The position numbers and the translations under genes were made by a program. The notes beneath the pieces are model-generated. The model was not told the origin of the DNA and made no database searches. It worked only from the letters and a program-made list of their open reading frames with translations. From an uncultured delta proteobacterium (lineage in GTDB: Bacteria; Desulfobacterota; Desulfomonilia; UBA1062), in contig CAVVYZ010000002.1 of assembly GCA_963752595.1 (NCBI GenBank), positions 160,001-224,000 of the forward strand: a stretch of DNA of 64,000 nucleotides. The letters run 5' to 3'. Numbering within the stretch: position 1 is the stretch's first letter; each line of letters starts with the position of its first letter. Below, piece by piece: positions 1 to 9,297 of this stretch.

Positions 1-579
1 ATGCACGCCCTCGGCCTGGCTGTGGTGGTGATCGGTCTGGAAATGGCATTAACTGCCCATGATCTCATCCCTGCAGTTGCCTGCCTCCTCTTGGGCGGGA
101 TTACCGGGGAAATCTTACGGATCGAGAGCGGCATCGCATGGATCGGGAACCGTCTGAAGGAACGTTTCCGGTCGGGGTCCGCCACCTTCGTGCAGGGTTT
201 TGTCTCGGCAACGGTCCTCTATCTTGCCGGGGCTATGACTATCGTCGGGTGCATCCAGGAAGGCACAACCGGTGATGCGAGCGTCCTGTATCTGAAATCC
301 CTGCTGGACGGGGTAGCATCGATCGCGCTTACCTCTACGCTGGGGATCGGGGTTGCCTTTTCGGCATTGTCCGTTCTGGCGGTTCAAGGCAGCCTCACGA
401 TCATTGCTTCTTACCTCGCTTTTCTCCAGGAACCGGCTGTTCCGGCTTCCATAACCTCAACCGGAGGCCTGATCATCTTAGGCATCGGCATCAACCTGCT
501 TGGGATACTGAAGATACGGGTGGGAAATCTCGTGCCTGCGCTTGTCTACGCAGTGGCGTATCCGTTACTTTTCTCATAA
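1..579 (+). CDS. DUF554 family membrane protein (5' end probably outside window)
   Basis: Hydrophobic ORF with family-typical motifs GFVSAT..GAMTIVG and LYLKSLLDG..S; window opens mid-protein. Confidence 0.8.
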   Translation: MHALGLAVVVIGLEMALTAHDLIPAVACLLLGGITGEILRIESGIAWIGNRLKERFRSGSATFVQGFVSATVLYLAGAMTIVGCIQEGTTGDASVLYLKSLLDGVASIALTSTLGIGVAFSALSVLAVQGSLTIIASYLAFLQEPAVPASITSTGGLIILGIGINLLGILKIRVGNLVPALVYAVAYPLLFS

Positions 580-715
580 TCGTCTCAGCTCCGAACGCTT
601 CCATCCTGAACGTCTGTTCCTTAAGCAGTGTTCCTGTTCTATTCTTTGCATTGCAAAAATGTTTTCATCTGTACTAAGAGAGAGCCACACCCAAATCAAT
701 ATTGAGGACAGGCAT

Positions 716-1273
716 ATGAATTCATATCTGTTGCGTGCGGAAGACTGCATGCTGATGGTGATCGATATCCAGCAAAGGCTGTACAGCGCCATGGAGAAAG
801 GTTTCCGTGAGACATTCCTCAAGAACAGCATTATCCTTCTTGAGGCGGCGCATGCTTTCGAAATGCCGGTCCTCGTGTCCGAGCAGTATCCGAAAAGGCT
901 TGGCCGAACCATTGACGAGATCGGCGCCCATATCGCCGGGATACCGGCATATGAAAAGATGCATTTCAGCCTCTACCGCGATTCCGTTATCAATGGCCGG
1001 GTGGATTCACTTGCCAAGAAGACCGTGATCGTAACCGGGATCGAGGCTCATGTCTGCGTTTTCCAGACCGTCATCGACCTGCTCATGGCCGGGTACCGTG
1101 TTGTCGTAGCCGACGATGCCGTGTGTTCGAGGAGGTCTCATGACAGGCATACGGCCTTAGCTCAGATGGGCAGGGCAGGGGCAATGATCTACTCTGCGGA
1201 GATGGTCGCATTCATGCTCCTTCAAAAGGCAGGTACGCAGCAATTCAAAAAGCTTGCCCCTCTTTTTCGATGA
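716..1273 (+). CDS. Isochorismatase family cysteine hydrolase
   Basis: VIDIQ, SEQYPKRLG and GIEAHVCVFQT motifs; ATG at 716 follows GAGGA. Confidence 0.88.
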   Translation: MNSYLLRAEDCMLMVIDIQQRLYSAMEKGFRETFLKNSIILLEAAHAFEMPVLVSEQYPKRLGRTIDEIGAHIAGIPAYEKMHFSLYRDSVINGRVDSLAKKTVIVTGIEAHVCVFQTVIDLLMAGYRVVVADDAVCSRRSHDRHTALAQMGRAGAMIYSAEMVAFMLLQKAGTQQFKKLAPLFR

Positions 1274-1360
1274 GAAAACGGGTATAAGGGAAAAATAATC
1301 GCTCATAATAATATTTAAGACCTTGATACCGTGAGCCTTGTATGATAAAGGGCTCACCAA

Positions 1361-1453
1361 AACACACGTCCTTCTTTATAAGCAGGGTCTTGGTGTCCTT
1401 ATCAGTTAAGGATTGATCCTGTTGGACGGAGGAAAAACCAGGAGGAAACAGGA
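1361..1453 (+). promoter_or_regulatory. Putative rpsB (S2) autoregulatory 5' leader
   Basis: ACACACGTCC...GGACGGAGGAAAAACC frame with nested stems (AGCAGGGTC/GATCCTGTT, TCCTTA/TAAGGA) ahead of the AGGAGG RBS of rpsB. Confidence 0.55.
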
Positions 1454-2353
1454 ATGGCAGTAGTAACAATGAAGCAACTTTTAGAGGCCGGGGTACATTT
1501 CGGGCACCAGACTCCGAGATGGAACCCCAAGATGAAACCCTACATTTTCGGATCCCGTAACGGCATCCATATCATTGACCTTCAGAAGACGGAAAAGCTT
1601 TTCGAGAAGGCATGCGATTTCATCAAGGAAGTCACGGCAACCGGTGGCAAGGTTCTGTTCGTAGGGACAAAGAAACAGGCCCAGGATGCCATCGAGGAAG
1701 AAGCGGCCAGGGTCGGCGCATTTTATGTGAACTTCCGCTGGCTGGGCGGTACTTTGACCAATTTCGAAACGATCAAAAAGAGTATCGAAAAGCTCAAATG
1801 GCTCGAGAACATCATCGATAACGGGACAATCGAAGATTATCCCAAAAAAGAGCAGATTGCCATGAAGCGGCACAAGATAAAGCTCGAGCGCTCCCTTCAT
1901 GGGATCAAGAATATGGAGGTTCTCCCGAACCTGCTTTACATCGTTGACCCGTCACGTGAATACATCGCCGTGAAAGAGGCTCGGAAGCTGGGCATCCCGA
2001 TTGTGGGCATCGTGGACACCAACTGTGATCCCACGCTCATTGATTACGTCATTCCCGGCAACGATGACGCCATCAGGGCCATCCGGCTCTTCAGCTCCAA
2101 GATTGCCGACGCCGTCAGCGAAGGCAACGCGGTTCACGTAGAGAAGCTCCAGTCCGAAACCAAGGAAGAGGTCGCACCGGAAGGTGGCGCAGTCAAAGAA
2201 GAGGGCGCTCCCAAAGAAACCATGGGCAAGGGTCTCGAGGGTGAGATTGAAATCATTGTCAAGGAAGGAAAGAGCCGGAGAAAGCCCAAAGGCGTAGGTT
2301 CCGATGCCCTGGCACCTGAAAAAGAGTCGGGCGACGACGAAGGATCAGTGTAA
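1454..2353 (+). CDS. rpsB: 30S ribosomal protein S2
   Basis: [36 protein letters not shown]; acidic C-terminal extension. Confidence 0.99.
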   Translation: MAVVTMKQLLEAGVHFGHQTPRWNPKMKPYIFGSRNGIHIIDLQKTEKLFEKACDFIKEVTATGGKVLFVGTKKQAQDAIEEEAARVGAFYVNFRWLGGTLTNFETIKKSIEKLKWLENIIDNGTIEDYPKKEQIAMKRHKIKLERSLHGIKNMEVLPNLLYIVDPSREYIAVKEARKLGIPIVGIVDTNCDPTLIDYVIPGNDDAIRAIRLFSSKIADAVSEGNAVHVEKLQSETKEEVAPEGGAVKEEGAPKETMGKGLEGEIEIIVKEGKSRRKPKGVGSDALAPEKESGDDEGSV

Positions 2354-2374
2354 AAACCGAGGGAGGGAAGAACG

Positions 2375-2974
2375 GTGCAGATTTCATCAGAGGATGTAAA
2401 GAAGCTGAGAGAGAAAACCGGTGTAGGAATGATGGATTGCAAGAAAGCCCTGCAGGAGTGCGGCGGGGATTTCAATAAGGCAGTGGAGTACTTGCGGAAA
2501 AAGGGTATGGATGTTGCCAACAAGCGCCAGGGAAGGACAGCCTCCCAGGGCGTGGTGTCATCCTATATCCACATGGGTGGCAAGGTCGGCGTGCTTGTGG
2601 AGGTCAACTGCGAGAGCGATTTCGTCGCCAAGTCCGAAAACTTCGCCGGCTTTGTCAAGGATGTGGCAATGCACATCGCTGCCGCCGGTCCTGAGTGGGT
2701 ATCCCGCGAGGATGTTCCGCAGGATGTGCTCAGCAAGGAAAAAGAAATCTATAAAGAGCAGGCGCTGAAGTCCGGCAAACCTGAAAAGATCCTGGATAAG
2801 ATCGCTGAAGGGAGACTTGCCAAATTCTATTCCGAGCGGTGTCTGCTTGAGCAGCCCTTTGTGAAGGATACGGATAAGAACATAAAGCAACTCCTGGATG
2901 AGCTGATGGGCAAGACCGGAGAGAAGTGCGAAATCAGGCGTTTTGCACGCTATCAGCTGGGAGAAGAAATCTAA
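2375..2974 (+). CDS. tsf: Elongation factor Ts (short form)
   Basis: VKKLREKTGVGMMDCKKAL, EVNCESDFVA; follows rpsB. Confidence 0.99.
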   Translation: MQISSEDVKKLREKTGVGMMDCKKALQECGGDFNKAVEYLRKKGMDVANKRQGRTASQGVVSSYIHMGGKVGVLVEVNCESDFVAKSENFAGFVKDVAMHIAAAGPEWVSREDVPQDVLSKEKEIYKEQALKSGKPEKILDKIAEGRLAKFYSERCLLEQPFVKDTDKNIKQLLDELMGKTGEKCEIRRFARYQLGEEI

Positions 2975-2984
2975 GGAAGTGTCT

Positions 2985-3704
2985 GTGCTCTATAAGCGTA
3001 TTCTCCTCAAGCTCAGTGGCGAGGCCCTTGCCGGCAGCAGGGGATACGGATTCGATCCCGCAACGCTGGATTCATTCGCTTCGGCCATATCCGACGCTGC
3101 CGCCATGGGTATACAGATCGCCATCGTAATAGGCGGAGGGAACATCTTCCGCGGGCAGGATTCTGCCCTTGCCTCCGACAGGGTATCGGCAGACCAGATG
3201 GGGATGCTGGCAACGTACATCAACGCGTTAGCGCTCAAAGGATCTCTTGAGCGCACAGGCCTTTCTTGCACTATCTTGGGATCGATAGGCATCACATCCG
3301 TTGCGGAAGCATTCAACGCCGCTTCAGCAAGAAGATTGCTGGAACAGGGACACGTGCTCCTTTTTGCAGGTGGCACCGGATGCCCGTATTTCACCACGGA
3401 TACGGCAGCTGCCCTGCGAGCCCTGGAGGTGCGGGCGGATATCCTGGTGAAAGCCACCAAGGTGGACGGCATCTATGACAAGGATCCGGTCAAGTACCCG
3501 GATGCGGTATTCTACCCGGAACTCGACTATGACCAGGTGTTGCATATGAACCTCAAGGTAATGGATTTGACAGCCATTAGTCTCTGCCGGGACAACGCTC
3601 TGAAGGTAAGCGTGATCAATATCAGAGAGCCTGAGAACCTTAAAAAGCTGCTCGGCGGAGAAAAGATCGGTTCGATCGTGACTTCAGGAGGGACTAAGAG
3701 ATGA
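2985..3704 (+). CDS. pyrH: UMP kinase
   Basis: YKRILLKLSGEAL, GGGNIFRG, PYFTTDTAAALRA; GTG start inferred after AAGGAAG. Confidence 0.97.
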   Translation: MLYKRILLKLSGEALAGSRGYGFDPATLDSFASAISDAAAMGIQIAIVIGGGNIFRGQDSALASDRVSADQMGMLATYINALALKGSLERTGLSCTILGSIGITSVAEAFNAASARRLLEQGHVLLFAGGTGCPYFTTDTAAALRALEVRADILVKATKVDGIYDKDPVKYPDAVFYPELDYDQVLHMNLKVMDLTAISLCRDNALKVSVINIREPENLKKLLGGEKIGSIVTSGGTKR

Positions 3705-4258
3705 TCAAAGATGTTCTTGACGAATTGAAAAAAGAAATGGACAAGACCATCGATTCCATGAAGCTCGCCCTGCAGAAGGTGCGGACAGGGAGGGCATCCA
3801 TCGGGATCCTGGATAGTATCATGGTGGATTACTATGGGACAATGACCCCTTTGAAGCAGCTTGCCACGCTGGCGGTCCCGGAGCCGAGGCTCATCACTAT
3901 CTCCCCGTGGGACAAGGGCGCCATTTCACCCATAGAAAAGGCCATCATGAAGTCGGAGATCGGCCTGACGCCGGCAAATGACGGCAAGCTCATCCGCGTA
4001 CCCATCCCGCCTCTGAATGAAGAAAGACGCCGTGATCTCGTGAAAATGGTGAAAAAGATGGCTGAAGAATACCGCGTCGAGGTCCGGAACCATCGCAGGG
4101 ATGCCAATGCCCTGCTCAAAGAACTGGAAAAGGAAAAAGAGATCAGTCTGGATGAGCAGAAATCGGCCCAGGACAAAGTCCAGGATCTCACAGACGAGCA
4201 CATCAGGAAAATCGATCAGATCCTTGCCGACAAAGAAAAAGAAATTATGGAAGTATGA
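3701..4258 (+). CDS. frr: Ribosome recycling factor
   Basis: KVRTGRAS, IPPLNEERRRDLVK, VRNHRRDAN. Confidence 0.99.
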   Translation: MIKDVLDELKKEMDKTIDSMKLALQKVRTGRASIGILDSIMVDYYGTMTPLKQLATLAVPEPRLITISPWDKGAISPIEKAIMKSEIGLTPANDGKLIRVPIPPLNEERRRDLVKMVKKMAEEYRVEVRNHRRDANALLKELEKEKEISLDEQKSAQDKVQDLTDEHIRKIDQILADKEKEIMEV

Positions 4259-4367
4259 GGCGAGCACAAGCGAACTCCATCAAAGGAAACATCAGGGGAC
4301 ACACGTACAGCCGGTCTATGCAGGTAAGGAATGAGGTCTGTCCCGACACATCCAAGGAGGTCCATCT

Positions 4368-4883
4368 TTGAATTCAAGGGAAATAGACAATAAATCTTCA
4401 CGGTTCATGATGTATTTCAAGCAGAATAACCTCAACGAGCTCAGGGTTATATCACGCTTGCTCAATATCGCGATGGTCGACTTCGTATGTGCTGCGCTCG
4501 ATGCCTATGTCTTCAAGAAAGAGCAGGAGTACGGGGGAAGCATTCCCGGCCGCCAGAAAAAGCGATATGTCGGGCCAAGGACCGATACCTCTGAAAAAAG
4601 GATCCGCTACGTGATGAGGCTCGATAAGGAAACGGTGGAGAAGGTCAGGGATATCGCGTTTCTTGACAACCGGAGATTCACCCATGTCTGCGACGAGGCC
4701 CTGTCAAACTTTATAGAATTCACCAAGCAGGAAAAGAATTTCAAGAATATATGGATATCCAGATCTGACGTGGAGGCTGTGCGGGGAAGGAAAAGCGTAA
4801 AATCGTCACTCGAGATCGAGACCCTGCTCAAACAGTACAAGTCATATGAAAAGGCGACACGCCCGGGACGGACACTGAAATAA
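4368..4883 (+). CDS. Hypothetical protein with two ribbon-helix-helix-like repeats
   Basis: AAGGAGG RBS then TTG; two equal-length internal repeats with a strand-helix-turn-helix pattern. Confidence 0.55.
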   Translation: MNSREIDNKSSRFMMYFKQNNLNELRVISRLLNIAMVDFVCAALDAYVFKKEQEYGGSIPGRQKKRYVGPRTDTSEKRIRYVMRLDKETVEKVRDIAFLDNRRFTHVCDEALSNFIEFTKQEKNFKNIWISRSDVEAVRGRKSVKSSLEIETLLKQYKSYEKATRPGRTLK

Positions 4884-4896
4884 GAAAGAAATATTA

Positions 4897-6450
4897 TTGA
4901 CGAATTACGACCGCCAGTTCGAATGCGTCCAACCCCTTCAGGAGGCTGAAGAAAGCCCCCGGTCCATATTATCTTTAAGCAACTGCAGGGACCTTACCCA
5001 GTGGTTCCGGGCATCGTTTTGCGGGGCACTCGCCTGTATCGCCCTCTACACCCTGTTCGGATTCATTCTGGTGAGCCGTCATGCAAGCCGGCTTTCCTCG
5101 CAGATGCAGCTCCTTCTCTCTGCCGGCATGCACCCGCTGGTCATGCCGGACGACCCATACCTGGCAGACTCCGTTCACAGGCTCGGCAGCGGACTGTTCT
5201 TCGGTTCCACCCTCGGGGTTCTGATTGCAGTCATTGCCATGATCTTCTCGGTGATCCCCTGGTACACGGGACGATTTTCCATAAAAGACGGTTTTTCATA
5301 CCTGGCCGTCGGCGCATTGAACACGTACCTGGGCTACAGCGGCGAGGCACCGGTCCTGTCGTTCTTCTTCGGTTTCTTAAGCCCGCTTTTCTTTTTCGTT
5401 CCCTGGGCCCTGATCATCCGGAAGAGCATACCACGTGAAGTCGCTGTGAAAAGGTGGCTCGTCATTGCCTGCATGGTGTCATCGCCGTTCGCAGTGCTCA
5501 TGACTTTCGGGTCAGCCTCCTTCGAGATGATCCGGGATTCCATGGTCACCACGCCGGTCATGCGGAGCCTCTCGGACTTCTACTACAACCATACCCTGCT
5601 CGCCGCACATGTCATCAAGCCTATAGCAGACCAGGAACAGAAGGTAATCGCAGTCTCGGACACGATACGCCGGATCGGCCCCATACCCCATGGAAGCCTG
5701 TGGGTCATTACCCCCGATCCCTGCAATCTGAAAGGAAAGAGCCTTACGGTGAGTAGAGACGAGCTTCCTTGCAAATCGATCATACTCCCGGATGAAAGGC
5801 CTGCAAATGCAGCTAACAGGGTCATCAGAGAATATAGTACAGCATATGACGTGAACGGGAAAATGAGACAGGGCATCGGGCTGTTTTTCTTCCGCGGGCC
5901 GCTGCTGCTCGTGCCTGTCCTGTTCATGCTCTGGTTTGCACTCTTCCTGTCGAACCTCTTTGCGAGGTCCGCTGTTATCTCCCTTCTCATCCTTTCGGGG
6001 TTTATAGCGCTCTTCATCCCTGCTGGAAAGAATCTGTACGAAAACTACCAGCTTATCCGGCATCCGGACCGCCTTGCCCAGTACATCCTGTCCGAGCATG
6101 AAGACCTGCGCTACCTGGCCTTAAGCTTCTTCCCGGATGAGCTTACAAACCGTGAGATCATCAGGTTTTCCCGGGACGAGAGCCCGAGGATCAGGCTTCG
6201 GGCCCTTCTCGAAGCAGGGGAGAGGGGGAACAAGGATTTCCTCGGGATTTTTGAGAAGGCAATACACGATCCCCAGCTCAACGTGAGGACAAAAGCCTGC
6301 TGGGCACTCGGAAAGATCGAGTCCGGGAAAGCATCGGACCTGCTTGAACAGGTATTCCTGAACGATACATCCTGGTATGTACGGGGGTACGCCTACCGGT
6401 CATTGGGAAAGACCCGGCCGGTTGCCGGGATTATCAGGACGGAGATGTAG
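4897..6450 (+). CDS. Multi-pass membrane protein with C-terminal HEAT repeats
   Basis: Many hydrophobic segments; C-terminal DESPRIRLRAL, DPQLNVRTKACWALG and DTSWYVRGYAYRSLG repeats; start uncertain. Confidence 0.75.
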   Translation: MTNYDRQFECVQPLQEAEESPRSILSLSNCRDLTQWFRASFCGALACIALYTLFGFILVSRHASRLSSQMQLLLSAGMHPLVMPDDPYLADSVHRLGSGLFFGSTLGVLIAVIAMIFSVIPWYTGRFSIKDGFSYLAVGALNTYLGYSGEAPVLSFFFGFLSPLFFFVPWALIIRKSIPREVAVKRWLVIACMVSSPFAVLMTFGSASFEMIRDSMVTTPVMRSLSDFYYNHTLLAAHVIKPIADQEQKVIAVSDTIRRIGPIPHGSLWVITPDPCNLKGKSLTVSRDELPCKSIILPDERPANAANRVIREYSTAYDVNGKMRQGIGLFFFRGPLLLVPVLFMLWFALFLSNLFARSAVISLLILSGFIALFIPAGKNLYENYQLIRHPDRLAQYILSEHEDLRYLALSFFPDELTNREIIRFSRDESPRIRLRALLEAGERGNKDFLGIFEKAIHDPQLNVRTKACWALGKIESGKASDLLEQVFLNDTSWYVRGYAYRSLGKTRPVAGIIRTEM

Positions 6451-6525
6451 CAAAGCTGCAAGATCGAGATTATAAATTCTGCAGGAAAAGCTTCATTAAG
6501 CGATCCCTGCTTGAACGGAGAACCC

Positions 6526-7368
6526 ATGTCAGATAGTGAGATGAACGGCCCGGGCCGGGAAGAAGATGCGGCCAGGTTGAAGCTCCAGCTTTCAAAAATC
6601 AGAAACACCATCATGGTCATGAGCGGAAAAGGCGGGGTTGGGAAGTCCACGGTCTCTGCCAACCTCTCTTTGAGCCTTGCACGGGAAGGCTACAAGGTAG
6701 GGGTGCTCGACGGCGATATCCACGGCCCGGACATACCGAAAATCCTGGGTGTTGAAGACAGGAAGCTGGTCTCCGACGAAGAAGGGAAAATCCGCCCGGT
6801 GGAGGCATATAACAATATCAAGGTGATCTCCGTTGGCTACCTGCTCGAGAGCCGGGATACGCCCGTGATCTGGCGCGGCCCCATGAAGCATTCGGTGATG
6901 AGGCAGTTCCTCAGGGATGTAAACTGGGGCGAGCTCGATTTTCTTATCGTCGACCTTCCGCCCGGAACCGGTGACGAGCCTTTGTCCATAGCCCAGCTCA
7001 TCAAGGGGGCGGACGGGGTGAATGCTCCCAACGCGGTCATCGTGACCACTCCCCAGGACGTCGCCCTCCTGGATGCGCGCAAGAGTGTCGAATTTGCCAG
7101 AGCCCTGGGCTTAAACCTGTTAGGCATCATCGAGAACATGAGCGGGTTCTCATGTCCCCACTGCGGGCATGAAATCGATCTGTTCAAGACCGGCGGAGGC
7201 AGAAAAGCAGCAGACGAGCTCGGCGCTCGTTTTCTGGGAGTGGTGCCCATCGACCCGAGAATCGTCCGGGATACCGATGCAGGCAGGCCCTTTGTCATAT
7301 CAAACGAGGAGTCCGAGGTGAACAGGGCGTTTGCCCGGATCGTCGCAGATATCCTCGCGCAGATGTAA
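6526..7368 (+). CDS. mrp: Mrp/NBP35 (ApbC) Fe-S cluster carrier ATPase
   Basis: [27 protein letters not shown]. Confidence 0.95.
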   Translation: MSDSEMNGPGREEDAARLKLQLSKIRNTIMVMSGKGGVGKSTVSANLSLSLAREGYKVGVLDGDIHGPDIPKILGVEDRKLVSDEEGKIRPVEAYNNIKVISVGYLLESRDTPVIWRGPMKHSVMRQFLRDVNWGELDFLIVDLPPGTGDEPLSIAQLIKGADGVNAPNAVIVTTPQDVALLDARKSVEFARALGLNLLGIIENMSGFSCPHCGHEIDLFKTGGGRKAADELGARFLGVVPIDPRIVRDTDAGRPFVISNEESEVNRAFARIVADILAQM

Positions 7369-7388
7369 CCCGGCTAAGGCCCTCTTTT

Positions 7389-8237
7389 ATGCGCACCCAT
7401 CACGAATGCATTCCATGCCTCGTAAGGCATGCGCATGAGCTCGCAGAGGAAAATCTCCCTGCCCACGCACGGGATGATTTTGTCACAGACATCCGGAACC
7501 GCATCGGCCGGTTCGATTTTGACAACCCGCCCCCCATCTTTGCCATGGAGATGTACGGAGTGCTGAAAAGAATGACCGGGACCGATGATCCCTATGCAGA
7601 ACATAAGGCCCGGTATAATCGGAAGGCTCTTGCCCTCTACCCTTTGCTCGAAAAAATGATATCCGGTTCCGCCGATCCTCTGGATACGGCTCTCCGCATT
7701 GCAGTCGCAGGGAATATCATTGATTTCGGCGTTCATGACAAAAGTAACATCGAGATCGAAGAGACCGTGCAGGCATCGCTCCAGGCCGTCTTTTTCCTCG
7801 ATCACACGGAAGAGCTCAAAGAGAGGCTGAAACGTTGCAGGAGGGTCCTGTATATTGCCGACAATGCAGGCGAGATTGTCATGGACCGTCTTTTCATCGA
7901 ACAGATCGGTCCGAAGCGCGTCACCTGCGCCGTGAGGTCGGCGCCGATCATCAATGATGCAACGAAGCTCGATGCCGCCCAGTCCGGCCTTGATAAGGTC
8001 TGTACGGTGATCGGCAGCGGGTCGAAGGCATCGGGAACCCCGTTGAGCCTCTGCAATGACGAGTTCGGAAGCATCTTCGTTTCCTCAGACGTGGTCATCG
8101 CCAAAGGTCAGGGCAACTTCGAAACCCTCACCTCCACAGGCCGTGATGTATTTCACCTCTTGATGGCCAAGTGCCCGGTCATCGCTCGGGAGACAGGCGC
8201 TCCCCTCGGAAGTTTCCTTGCCGTGAAGAAAGGTTGA
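7389..8237 (+). CDS. ARMT1-like / DUF89 damage-control phosphatase
   Basis: ECIPC, AGNIID, DNAGE, KGQGNFETL, KCPV motifs. Confidence 0.9.
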   Translation: MRTHHECIPCLVRHAHELAEENLPAHARDDFVTDIRNRIGRFDFDNPPPIFAMEMYGVLKRMTGTDDPYAEHKARYNRKALALYPLLEKMISGSADPLDTALRIAVAGNIIDFGVHDKSNIEIEETVQASLQAVFFLDHTEELKERLKRCRRVLYIADNAGEIVMDRLFIEQIGPKRVTCAVRSAPIINDATKLDAAQSGLDKVCTVIGSGSKASGTPLSLCNDEFGSIFVSSDVVIAKGQGNFETLTSTGRDVFHLLMAKCPVIARETGAPLGSFLAVKKG

Positions 8238-8432
8238 TCGCCATAGTTCCTTTTTTAAGAGAATCAAACAAAGCCCTGCCTTGGAGTATACCGCATGACA
8301 AGTAAAGCCTTGGAAAACGATACATACAAAATACTTTTACATTCATATCTTATGACGATATAATACAATAATACTCTCAATGAGTTAAAGTGAGGGAGCT
8401 TTGATGTTATCCATTTCAGGGAGAGGTACCGT

Positions 8433-8963
8433 ATGAAGAAGCATGCAAGAAGATTAAGCATTATTCTGGCAGTCCTTTTTATATTTTCCATCGGATGCTC
8501 ATCAGGTGTTGCCTATGCAGCTTCGAAGGCCAAGAAAGCGACCTTGCCCGAGAACCCTTCGCTCATAGGCCTCCGGTACGGGCCGGGCGTGCCGAAGGGA
8601 TACGAAGATCTGGGCGGCGGCGTTATGGCTGATGAAAAACATGCACTGACTGAATTCGGCCTCCAGTATGTCCGCTACAGGAAAGCCGAGATGATGTGGC
8701 TTTGCCGCGTTGTCGGCACAGGCCGGTCGGGGAAGCCCGTCTTTCAGATCATGGATGTCCTGGCACTCCCCCAGAGGCAGAAAAACGAGATTGTCGCATG
8801 GTTTGCCTGTTTCTTCAATGGAAGAAGAAATGAACAGATCATCACCTATACCGACAAATATTATTTCAAAGTCCACAGGGCCTGGCTTGCAAACAGGCAG
8901 ACCGGCAAGATCCAGGAGATTTCTCCCCGGGGCATCGTCTGTGCGGACCCGGCACGGGAATGA
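8433..8963 (+). CDS. Hypothetical exported protein
   Basis: GAGAGG RBS; basic N-terminus, hydrophobic core and AYA signal-peptide-like site. Confidence 0.65.
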   Translation: MKKHARRLSIILAVLFIFSIGCSSGVAYAASKAKKATLPENPSLIGLRYGPGVPKGYEDLGGGVMADEKHALTEFGLQYVRYRKAEMMWLCRVVGTGRSGKPVFQIMDVLALPQRQKNEIVAWFACFFNGRRNEQIITYTDKYYFKVHRAWLANRQTGKIQEISPRGIVCADPARE

Positions 8964-9297
8964 GTATAGGATAATTTTCAAGGGGATGTTCTTCTCAGGT
9001 TTCACTCCATGTGCGGATACGGTTTTGAAACAATCATTTTCATCGATCCGTCATACGGCAGGTGGAGTTCATTCCTCGCGATAGAAGGCCTTCCTGCCTG
9101 ACATGCCCATGCTTCAGAGGATCCCTGATCTGTTCTTTTTTATTGGAGTATTAGCGCTTGACTGTGGAGATTCTTTCCCCTAGATTCTACTCTAATTTCA
9201 TGGATGATTCTTTGCACCGGTGATTTTTTGTCAATGGATGATGGCACTGCCTCTTGCAGGGGCGGTAGTATCCGTTTAATACAGAGAGTAAAAATAC

